Part shown: in pieces, positions 23,686 to 33,597 of the stretch
How the letters are laid out: each line of letters starts with the position of its first letter
Position numbering within the stretch: position 1 is the first letter of the stretch
Notes under the pieces: generated by a model
The model's input: the letters and a program-made list of their open reading frames with translations, nothing else
Databases searched by the model: none
Told to the model about the DNA's origin: nothing
Made by a program: the position numbers and the translations under genes
NCBI RefSeq assembly: GCF_035084215.1
Contig: NC_090353.1
Location: 13,144,001 to 13,208,000, forward strand
Direction: 5' to 3'
Length of the DNA stretch: 64,000 nucleotides
DNA from: Heptranchias perlo
Lineage: Eukaryota

Positions 23686-26600
23686 CTGGCAGGTTTAGGT
23701 TTGCGGGGTTGTGCACGCTAGAAAAGTGTGTCCTCGCACAGGGGTTGGACTTCCACGCCGGTGAATCTTCTTGCTTGGAGGAGGGTGGTGGAGGGCAGGC
23801 GTTGCCCAATGTTACGGAGTGTCCTCCTGCGTTGGTGAAGGCTCTCCCCCCCCCCACCTGTGGAATGCACCTTGGCAGCTGCCACAGGCTGCTGGCTGCA
23901 ACACGTCCGTTGAGAGTGTGAGTGTTTCCCCCAGTATGGGAAACAGTCTCATTTCACTGTAAAATCCGACACCTGTTAAATAAACAGCTCAATCAGGTCA
24001 TTTAATGACCTGAAATACCAAGATAAATACACTCAAGTGGAACCCCGCTGGCTTTAATTGCCTGCGGGATTCCCACCAGCGGGGCCAACGCACGCACCCC
24101 CGCACGTCATCGCGCAACCAGGAAGTGGGCGGGATCGAGGCGCGATCCGGTCCCGCTCCTCGAAACCGGGATTTTAGAGGCCCCCCCGCCGAGAACGCAC
24201 CCGGAACCGGGTGCTAAAATCGGGCCCATTATCCCTACTCTCTGTCGCCTTTCGCTCAGCCAACTTCCTAACCAAGTCCGTACTTTTCCCTCGATTCCAT
24301 GGGCTTCTATCAAAGCTAACAGTCTCTTATGTGGGACCTTATCAAATGCCTTTTGGAAGTCCATATAAGTAACATCCATTGACATTCCCCTGTCCACTAC
24401 TTTCGTCACCTCTTCAAAAAATTCAATCAGGTTTTTCACCTACCTTTCACAAATCCATGCTGGCTCTCTCAGATTAACTGAAAATTCTCGAGGTGTTCAG
24501 TCACCCTATCTTTAATTTTAGACTCCAGCATTTTCCCCACAACAGATGTTAGGCTAACTGGTCTTTAATTCCCAGGTTTCCCTCTCTCTCCTTTCTTAAA
24601 AAGCAGAGTGACATGTGCAATTTTCCAATCTAGAGGAACAGTTCCTGAATCTAGCGAACTTTGAAAGATTATAGTTAGGGCATCTGCAATGTGCTCACCT
24701 ACTCCCTTAAAAATCCTCGGATGGAAACCATCTGGTCATGGGGATTTGTCACTCTTTAGTGCTATTATTTTCTTCATTACTGTTGCTTTACTTATGTTAA
24801 TTTTATTGAGTCCCTGTCCCCAATTCAATATTAGTTTTCTTGGGATTTCCGGCATGCTAGCCTCTTTTTCTACTGTAAATACTGACGTAAAGTAATTGTT
24901 CAACATGTCTGCCATTTCCCCATTGTCAATGACAATATCCCCACTTTCAATTTTTAAGGGGCCAACACTGCTCCTGACCACCCTCTTTTTCTGAATACAA
25001 CTATAATCTTCATATTGGTTTTGCTATCTCTTGCAAGTTTCTTTTCATACTCTCTTTTTGTAGCTCTTACTATCTGTTTTGTGACCCTTTGTTGATCTTT
25101 GTATCTTTCCCATTCGCCAGGATCTGTGCCATTTTTTGCCTTTTTGTATGCCCTTTCCTTATGTCTTATACTGTCCCTTACCTCTTTAGTTGTCCATGGC
25201 TGTTTTTTTTGTCAAGTAGAGTTCTTGCCCTCAGGGGTATAAACCGATTCTGTATCACGTTAAAGTGTTTCTTTAAACATTTCTACTGATCATCAGTCGT
25301 TTTACCCATTAACAGATTTGCCCAGTTTACTGTGGACAGTATCTGTCTCATCCCATTGAAGTCAGCCTTACCCAAGTCTAGAATCTTAGCAGCTGATTCA
25401 CTTTTTTCCCTTTCAAACACTACATTGAACTCGATTATGTTATGATCGCTATTGGATAGATGTTCGCACACAGTTAAGCTGTTAACTAAATCTGGTTCAT
25501 TCCTCATTACTAAATCTAGTATGGCTTGCCCCCTTGTTGCCTCTAAGACATACTGCTGTAGAAAACTATCTCGGACACACTCAAGAAATTCACTACCTTT
25601 CTGACAGTTGCTAGTCTGCTTTTCCCAATCTATGTGAAGGTTAAAGTCCCCCATTAAGACCAGTATACCTTTGTTACACGTTTGTCTAATCTCTGCATTT
25701 ATACAATCTAGCACTTCAGAGCTGCTGCCAGGGGTCCTATACACAACTCCCACTATAGTCTTAGATCCTTTCCTATTTCACAATTCAACCCATAAGGTCT
25801 CTGTTGGCTGCTTACCTCTCATTATATCCTCCTTGATCATTGAAGTGATTTAATCTCTAATCACTAAGGCTACTCCTCCCCCTCTCTCTCCTGCAGACCT
25901 TATAACCCGGTATATTTAGTTCCCAATCCTGACTATCCTGCAGCCATATCTTAGTAATAGCTATCATGTCATACCCTTCAATTTGAATTTGAACCAGTAG
26001 TTCATTTAATTTATTCCTTATACTCTGTGCATTTGTATATAGAACTCTTAGTTGGGCCACACACCCTAGCCTGACCTTCAGCTTTGATGTTGGGTTAATC
26101 GCCTTAAGCCTTCTAGTTTTCACTTCATCTGTAGTGCCTAAAGTACACTTCTTTCTGCTGGTCTACGCTTTTCCCTTTCACTTGTTCTTGAACAACTGTT
26201 TGTACTATTTGTATTGTAAATTTCCCCTGGGTCTTCCCCTCTCTTGCTGCTCTCAACTTTACTCCCTTCTGACTCCCCGCTCAGTTTCCCATCCCCCTGC
26301 CACTCTAGTTTAAACCTTCCCCAATAGCACTAGCAAACACCCCCACGAGGACATTGGTCCCGGTCCTGCTCGGGTGTAACCTGTCTCGCTTGTACAGGTC
26401 CCACCTTCCCCAGAACCGGTCCCAATGTCCCAGGAATCTAAATCCCTCCCTCCTACACCATCCCTGCAGCCACGCATTCATCCGATCTATTCTCCTGTTC
26501 CTATACTCACTAGAGAATGATCTCATTGAATGGTGGAACAGGCTCGAGGGGCTAAATGCCACTGCCACTTGCTGCCTCCTGATATGCGCCCCCTTCTCCT

Positions 26601-28017
26601 GCAAGAAAGCGGGACATGTGTCTGGGTGATGTGCCTGTTATGGTTAAATAGCTGCCAGTGTGAGTGTCCTGTGAGTTGTGAGTGGGCGGCTTGAAACAGT
26701 GTTAATATGTAGGGGTGAGAGGAAGCATCTGATTAGAAGAGTTGAGTACTGATGGAAAGAGTTTGTTGGTATGTGGGTGATGTGGGGTGTAGTGCATGGA
26801 GCAGTGGATGTGGCTTGTGGTGTAGTTGGTAGGAGACGCCACTAGACAGTTGACCTCACTCACCTTGACCACTCATGTCAAAGCATTGAACTTCTTCCTG
26901 TACTGCGTCCATGTTCATGATGCTGTGCGCCTGGCATTGACTTCATCCCCTGCTGCCTCCCACTGCCTTTTGGGTATATGTCTGGAGAGCCTCTTGCCGG
27001 CCCCCGCCCCCCCCCCCCCCCCCCCACCCCCACGGATATAGGATGTCCCTCCTTCTGCCCACCTCTTGCACCAAGGCCTCTAGTGCATCAGCAGAGAACC
27101 TTGGTGCACGCACTCTTGCAGGCCTGGTACAAACTCCGATCAGCAGATTGGTGAGGTCTGGCATGTAGATTGGAGGATGTGGGATTTAGTAGTGCGCAAT
27201 CTTTATTCAATGTTTTAATATAACTCATCAGTTTGTGAACATGGGGACAGGGGCTGTGTTTTGCATGTGTGATGTCTGATCTCTGTTCAGTCGCTGTATA
27301 AGCAGCAGACTGTTAGTTTCAGCAAATAACAGATACCAGTTAACTTTAAGAGATTTTTAAGAGGCAGCCTGCCTTTAAGAGAGTGGGTCTCTCCCCGCTG
27401 GTGGAAAGTGCAAATTGCATTGAATCCAAAAATCAATGCTGATTCAGAATGCTGCTTGAAGTAAGGCCTCAGGCTTCATGAAAGTCTCATCCTGCCTGCA
27501 CAGGGGCCATTGGGCATGGGGTAATAGTGGATCGAGCTACCCCCGCCCAATAATAGGCCCTATCCAATTTTTTTTCCCCCTATATATTTTAACCCCTAGA
27601 TCTCTGTTCTTTCACACCTTTCAGTGTCATGTTCATCTGAAATGTCTCTCTCTGCTACTTTAGCAACAATGTTAAACATTTTAAATAAATAGGTTTAACA
27701 CATGCGCTAAAATAGCAGAGAGAGGAATTTCAGAGGGATCTGTTAAGTGCTTCTTTGCTCATATCCCACAGTGTAATCTCTGGACCCAAATGCTTTATTT
27801 TGGTCAAGAAGTTAACTTTTCCTTTGTTAAAAATACAAGTGAAGGGCTAAGGTCCATAGTGCAGGACACCAACAAAGCTTAAAACAGGAGAAAAGATGAG
27901 ATAATCAGGAACAAGTGACACCAAGCTTGGATTTTGAAAGTCCGTAGATTATAGAAGGGAAGACTGCGGGAAGTGAGGGGGTCCACAATTTTGAGACCAT
28001 GACCCCGATATTTAAGG

Positions 28018-29819
28018 AATCTTACAACACCAGGTTATAGTCCAACAAATTTATTTTAAAATCACAAGCTTTCGGAGATTATCTCCTTCGTCAGATGATT
28101 GAATGAAAAGGTTCTCAAATCGCATATCTTATACGATGTTGGGACAGCATCACACCAATCAAAAGGTGTCGTTGTTATTCAAACAGGCCAGTCACGGAGA
28201 ACAGAACGTCCCAGTACACTCGATATACATTGTGTCTTTTACACAGGCAAGCAGAAAGAAACTTAAAATGGCAGAGAGAGAGAGAGAATTTTAAAAAACA
28301 TATAAATTTTTTCCCCCTTTTTGCTGGTGGGGTTACGTGTAGCGTGACATGAACCCAAGATCCCGGTTGAGGCCGTCCTCATGGGTGCGGAACTTGGCTA
28401 TCAACTTCTGCTCGACGATTTTGCGTTGTCGTGTGTCTCGAAGGCCGCCTTGGAGAACGCTTACCCGAAGATCGGTGGCTGAATGTCCTTGACTGCTAAA
28501 GTGTTCCCCGACTGGGAGGGAACCCTCCTGTTTGGCGATTGTTGCGCGGTGTCCGTTCATCCGTTGTCGCAGCGTCTGCATGGTCTCGCCAATGTACCAT
28601 GCTCCGGGGCATCCTTTCCTGCAACGTATGAGGTAAACAACGTTGGCCGAGTCACAGGAGTATGAACCATGTACCTGGTGGGTGGTGTCCTCTCGTGTGA
28701 TGGTGGTATCCGTGTCGATGATCTGGCATGTCTTGCAGAGGTTGCCGTGGCAGGGTTGTGTGGTGTCGTGGACGCTGTTCTCATGAAAACTGGGTAACTT
28801 GCTGCGAACGATGGTCTGTTTGAGGTTGGGTGGCTGTTTAAAGGCGAGCAGTGGAGGCGTGGGGATGGCCTTAGCGAGGTGTTCGTCGTCATCGATGACA
28901 TGTTGAAGGCTGCGGAGAACATGGTGTAGTTTCTCCGCTCCAGGGAAGTACTGGACGACGAAGGGTACTCTGTTGGTTGCGTCCCGTGTTTGTCTTCTGA
29001 GGAGGTCTATGCGATTCTTCGCTGTGGCCCGTCGGAACTGTCGATCGACAAGTCGAGCGTCATATCCCGTTCTTACGAGGGCGTCTTTCAGCGTCTGTAG
29101 GTGTCCATCGCGTTCCTCCTCGTCTGAGCAGATCCTGTGTATTCGTAGGGCCTGTCCATAGGGGATGGCCTCTTTGACGTGGTTGGGGTGGAAGCTGGAA
29201 AAGTGGAGCATCGTGAGGTTGTCCGTGGGCTTGCGGTAGAGTGAGGTGCTGAGGTGCCCGTCTTTGATGGAGATTTGTGTGTCCAAGAAAGAAACCGATT
29301 CTGAGGAGTAGTCCATGGTGAGTTTGATGGTGGGATGGAACTTGTTGATGTTATCGTGTAGTCTCTTCAGTGATTCTTCGCCGTGGGTCCATAGGAAGAA
29401 AATGTCGTCGATGTATCTGGTGTATAGTGTTGGTTGGAGGTCCTGTGCAGTGAAGAAGTCCTGCTCGAACTTGTGCATGAAAATGTTGGCGTATTGGGGT
29501 GCGAATTTGGTCCCCATGGCTGTTCCGTGTGTTTGGGTAAAGAACAGGTTATCGAAGGTGAAGACATTGTGATCCAGGATGAAGCGGATGAGTTGTAGGA
29601 TGGCGTCTGGAGATTGGCTGTTGTTGGTGTTGAGTACTGAGGCTGTTGCAGCGATGCCGTCATCGTGGGGGATACTGGTGTATAGTGCCGAGACGTCCAT
29701 CGTGGTGAGAAGTGTTCCTGGTTCAACTGGTCCGTGGGTGCTGAGTTTTTGTAGGAAGTCTGTAGTGTCGCGACAGAAGCTGGGGGTTCCCTGTACAATG
29801 GGTTTCAGGATGCCCTCGA
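28018..29819 (-). mobile_element. Penelope-like retroelement, 5'-truncated, flanked by a 12-bp TSD
   Basis: CGATATTTAAGG at 28006-28017 and 29820-29831; RT plus GIY-YIG ORF. Confidence 0.9.
28060..28100 (-). ncRNA. Minimal type-I hammerhead ribozyme (PLE pLTR type)
   Basis: AAUCAU CUGACGA A GGAG auaau CUCC GAAA GC UU GUGAUU: stems I and II pair, stem III region AAGCUU is palindromic. Confidence 0.75.
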
Positions 29820-29820
29820 C
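28333..29820 (-). CDS. Penelope RT + GIY-YIG endonuclease, uninterrupted frame but missing its N-terminus
   Basis: DVSALYTSI, GTAMG and YIDDIF (RT); CKTC..C..NVVYLIRC..WYIGET..R..H..E..LN (GIY-YIG). Confidence 0.9.
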   Translation of the reverse strand, partial: VEGILKPIVQGTPSFCRDTTDFLQKLSTHGPVEPGTLLTTMDVSALYTSIPHDDGIAATASVLNTNNSQSPDAILQLIRFILDHNVFTFDNLFFTQTHGTAMGTKFAPQYANIFMHKFEQDFFTAQDLQPTLYTRYIDDIFFLWTHGEESLKRLHDNINKFHPTIKLTMDYSSESVSFLDTQISIKDGHLSTSLYRKPTDNLTMLHFSSFHPNHVKEAIPYGQALRIHRICSDEEERDGHLQTLKDALVRTGYDARLVDRQFRRATAKNRIDLLRRQTRDATNRVPFVVQYFPGAEKLHHVLRSLQHVIDDDEHLAKAIPTPPLLAFKQPPNLKQTIVRSKLPSFHENSVHDTTQPCHGNLCKTCQIIDTDTTITREDTTHQVHGSYSCDSANVVYLIRCRKGCPGAWYIGETMQTLRQRMNGHRATIAKQEGSLPVGEHFSSQGHSATDLRVSVLQGGLRDTRQRKIVEQKLIAKFRTHEDGLNRDLGFMSRYT

Positions 29821-30524
29821 GATATTTAAGGGGAGGGAAGTAGGGGGGGGACTTGTAGCAGCCGGGGAGCCCGGAAATGCAGGGAACACAGACGTCCTGC
29901 CAAATTTAACAGCAGGACCTCATTTGAATTTTTTTTTCTCCGTTTCCCGGCCGGCAGCCGGCCAGATTGAGAGGTTGCCTGGCTGTCAAGCACGAAGGAC
30001 TGTGGCATAAGGCCGCAGCCAGGGACCGGAGAGGAGGAAGGAAGATCACAGGGGTGGGGGGAGAGATCGCCGGGGGGGGCGGGGAAGAGATCGCAGGGAA
30101 GAGATCACAGGGTAGGGGGGTAAAATATCACGGGTCACCCTGGAGATTGCTGAGGGGTTGGGGTAGGTCTGGACATCACGGATTAAAATTCCCTGCAATG
30201 TGTCAGAATGAATTAAAGTCAGAGATGAGTCTTAATCTCAACAGAGTGAGAATGCAGGGAAGCAGATGTGTACAGGACGCAGTAAAGAAAGAAAAAGTGA
30301 CTTGTATTTATGGAGCACCTTATCACATATCTCAGAAACTCCCCAAAGTGCTACAAATACAATGAATTTGGAGCTCAGGAGGAGCAAGTAGAGGAAAGTT
30401 CACAGGAGCAGGGATCATAGCAGTGTTGATAAAATGGAGTGACAAGAATGTTTGCGATGGAGAAAGGTTAGGGATTAGAGGTGAAAGAGAGGTCAAACTT
30501 TTCTTGTATCCTGGCTAGGAAGCG

Positions 30525-30945
30525 GACAGAAAGAATTTGCATTTATAAAGTGCCTTTCACATCCACAACTAATGTTTTACTTTTGAAGTGCTGTCACTAT
30601 ATAGGCAAACATAGCAGTCAATTTGCACGTAGCAAGGGCTCACAAACAGCAAATGGATGAATGACCAAGTATTCTGTTGTTGGTGGTGTTGGTTGATGGA
30701 AGAATGATGGCCAGGAGAACTCCCTGCTCTATTTCAAACAGTGCCATGGAATCTTTTATATCCATCGGAACAGGAGAACAGGACCTCACTCTATCATCTC
30801 ATCCCGGAAACAGCACCTCTGACAATATAGCATTCCCTCAGTTCTACACACAAGTAGCAGCACAGATTATGTACTCAACTTTGTAGTTAGCCTTAACCCA
30901 CAACCTTCTGATTCAGAGATGAGTGCTACCAACTTAGCCCAGTTG
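30525..30945 (-). mobile_element. Deu-domain SINE
   Basis: Reverse-complement similarity to other copies. Confidence 0.65.
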
Positions 30946-30959
30946 GCACGTACAAAAGT

Positions 30960-31172
30960 ATAAGAATCTGGAATGCACTGCCCGAGGGGGTGGTGGAGGC
31001 AGATTCAATCATGGCCTTCAAAAGAGAACTGGATAAGTACTTGAAAGAAAAAAATTTGCAGGGTTACGGGGAAAGGGTGGGGGAGTGGGACTAGCTGGAT
31101 TGCTCTCAGAGCCGGCGCGGACTCAATGGGCCGAATGGCCCCCTTCCATGCTGTAACCTTATTATGATTCTG
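30960..31172 (+). mobile_element. CR1 3' fragment
   Basis: tggaatgcactgcc..., gggccgaatggcc, tatgattctgt tail. Confidence 0.7.
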
Positions 31173-31485
31173 TAAGAGCCAGTCCACATATTACTGTACT
31201 GTTTCAGATTCTTTATGTATCTCAGTTTCACTTTGTGGAAGGTTCTGGTAGACATGCCACAATTTGATCCATCGAGTTCTTGTTTCTTTAAATATAGATA
31301 CTGCTTACCTCAGACTCATTAGTTCATTATTGTATAGAGTTGATTTCCAGTTTTGTAATATTTGTTGCAATTAGCCATTGAAGCAAACTTGTAAAAAATC
31401 ATAAGATCGCAAGACAGATAAGGATGAGGAAGACCATTTGGCTATTTTTACCACATCCATTTAGAAAAATCTACAGTTTCCCCCA

Positions 31486-31937
31486 GCCGTGGTTCAGTGG
31501 TACAACTCTCTTCTCTGAGTCAGAAGGTTGTGGGTTCAAGTCCCACTCGAGCGACTTAAGTATAAAATCTAGACTGACACTCCAGTGCAGTACTGAGGGA
31601 ATGCTGCATTGTCAGAGGTGCCACCTTTCGGATGAGACGTTAAACTGAGACCCCGCCTGCCCTCTCAGGTCAACATAAAAGATCCCATGGTACTATTTCG
31701 AAGAAGAGAATGGGAGTTCTCCACAGTGTCTTGGCCAATATTTATCCCCCTACCAACATCAATAAAAAAAAACAGATTACCTGGTCATTATCATACTGCT
31801 GTTTGTGGGACCTTGCTGTGCGCATATTGGCTGTCGTGTTTCCTACATTACAACAGTGACTATACTTCATTGGCTGTAAAATGCTTTGGAATGTACTGAG
31901 GTCGTGAAAGGTACTATATAAATGCAAGTCTTTCTTT
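31486..31937 (+). mobile_element. Deu-domain SINE, full length, inserted into an old minus-strand CR1 tail (~31395-32280)
   Basis: A and B boxes (tggttcagtgg, ggttcaagtccc) and tail ctatataaatgcaagtctttc. Confidence 0.8.
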
Positions 31938-33597
31938 CCCCCCGCCCCCAACATAGCATCCAAGCATCCAACTGTCTTTTAAATGACTTCAGGAAGTCCA
32001 ATGCACATGTTGATCACTCTTTGTATAAAGAAGAACTTCCTGACATCAGTCCTAAATTTGCTTTTTACTAGTTTGACCCTGTGGCCCTTGTCCTACTATG
32101 ACATTTTAATTTGAAATAGTGTTCAGGAGTTACCTTTTCTATACATTTAGTATCTTGTAAATGACTAAAAGGTCCCCTTTCAATGGTTTCCTTTCAAGAC
32201 TGAAGAACTCCAGTTGCCCTAGTGTATTTATAAGTCAATTCCTTGACATTAGGGATCTGCCTCATGGACCTTCTCTGCATTATCTTGCAAATTCTTAAAA
32301 CTCTTTTCTTGTTTTAGCAGAGTTGTTTTTAATTAATTATTGTCGTTCCATAAATCACAGCACGTTCATGTTTAGCAATGGCACTGTGATAAAATTGCAA
32401 ACTTCTTTTATAGTATGAGAAATTAAACTCCCAGTGCAAACAGGTCTCAGACAGACCAGGAGGTCCCTTGGTACCCATGCCCAGACAGTGTCTTCTAGCA
32501 TCTCTCTCATACTTCTAGACAGGATACAAGTTAATTGTTTGATAATTGACTCATCTCTCATCTCCAGCTCCCAACCTCTCTCAGTTTCTGTTGTAATCTT
32601 TCCTGTTTCTATTTTGTGAAATATACTGTGGTCATTGCTTCTCCTCTCACGTTCTTCTTAGCTCAAAATCTGAAACCTAACGCACTTTTTCTCTTTGAAT
32701 CCTCACTATGTTGAAGTCTGACTATAAGACCATTCGTTTTTATTGGTGGGAGGAGGCCCGTCTGGAGAATAAACACCAGCAGGACCAGTTGGGCTGAATG
32801 GCCTGTTTCTCAGCTGTACATTCTATGTAATTCTATGTAGTTTCTCCCCCTCTTTTCGACCTCCATTAATCAACTGTTCATGAGACACATTTTTATTCTG
32901 AAGCTCACTGTGTGAAGAATCACAGGTATAGTCCCGGGTCCAATCGTTCTATAGGGCAGTGAAATGTTACAACAACAATTTGCATTTATATATCTGGGTC
33001 ATAGTGGCTGAAAAATCAGCCTCTATTAGAGAAACAGAGGCTGCAGGGTTTGAACAGTAACATGGGGCTCGATTTTGCGATCGCGTTTCCGGCGGGTTTC
33101 CAGCGGGGGGGCCCCGAAAATCCCAATATCCGGTCACGTGACCGGATCGCGACGAAATCCCGGCCACTTCCGGGTACCGCGCTGATGTGCGGGGCTGCGC
33201 GCGCAAGCCCCGCTGGTGGGAATCCCGCAGGCAATTAAAGCCAGCGGGGTTCCACTTGAGAGTACTTACCTTGCTTGTTGAGGTCAGTTAATGAGCTGAA
33301 GCAGCTGTCAAAAGAGGAAGTGTGGGATTTTAGGTTCAAAGCAGTCAGTTTCCCACACTGGGGGAAACAGGACCCTTCAAACCAGGCGTGTTGCAGCCAG
33401 CAGCCTGTGGCAGGTGCCAAGGTGCGCTCCACGGGGGAGAGCCCTCACCCACGCAGGAGGCCACCGCGTCACATAGGGCAACCCCTGCCCTCCACCACCC
33501 CCCGCCAAGCCAGAGGACAGACCGACACGAAACCGCAGCCCCAGTCCGAGGAACCACCCACCTACCCTGCACAACCCCTCAGACCAACACCTGTCAG

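Larger units (their letters stand above)
20024..24227. mobile_element. Apparently intact autonomous PIF/Harbinger transposon (4204 bp)
   Basis: Perfect 13-bp TIR GGGCCCGATTTTA, 3-bp TSD ATT, host CR1 rejoins seamlessly, two convergent genes. Confidence 0.95.
18978..26515 (-). mobile_element. Long CR1 LINE (3' end of ORF1 esterase, APE, RT, tail), interrupted by a Harbinger at 20024-24227
   Basis: SGNH-like NAWLQGWCRREGFRFLGHW..LHPSRTG; APE motifs LMGDFN and SDHN; RT motifs GVPQGAVLGPLLF and FADD; (gttcctat)n tail at 18978. Confidence 0.92.
18324..27580 (-). mobile_element. Old Harbinger relic with TAT TSD and a decayed Myb/SANT gene; hosts nested CR1s and an intact Harbinger
   Basis: TAT|gggtgctaaattgga ... 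tccaatttttttttccccc|TAT. Relic RAPRFSADALEALVQEV..TWTQYRKKFNALT*VVK|gtgagt (27164-26864) and exon 2 start cag|GAGAAG at 26598. Confidence 0.75.

Noticed and set aside
29821-29889. N-terminus of the 518-aa Penelope ORF
   Set aside because: Lies in or beyond the TSD in flanking DNA and starts at GTG.
33388-33597. 70-aa N-terminal extension of transposase 2
   Set aside because: Starts at a non-ATG codon and is not open in copy 1; homology points to the ATG at 33598.
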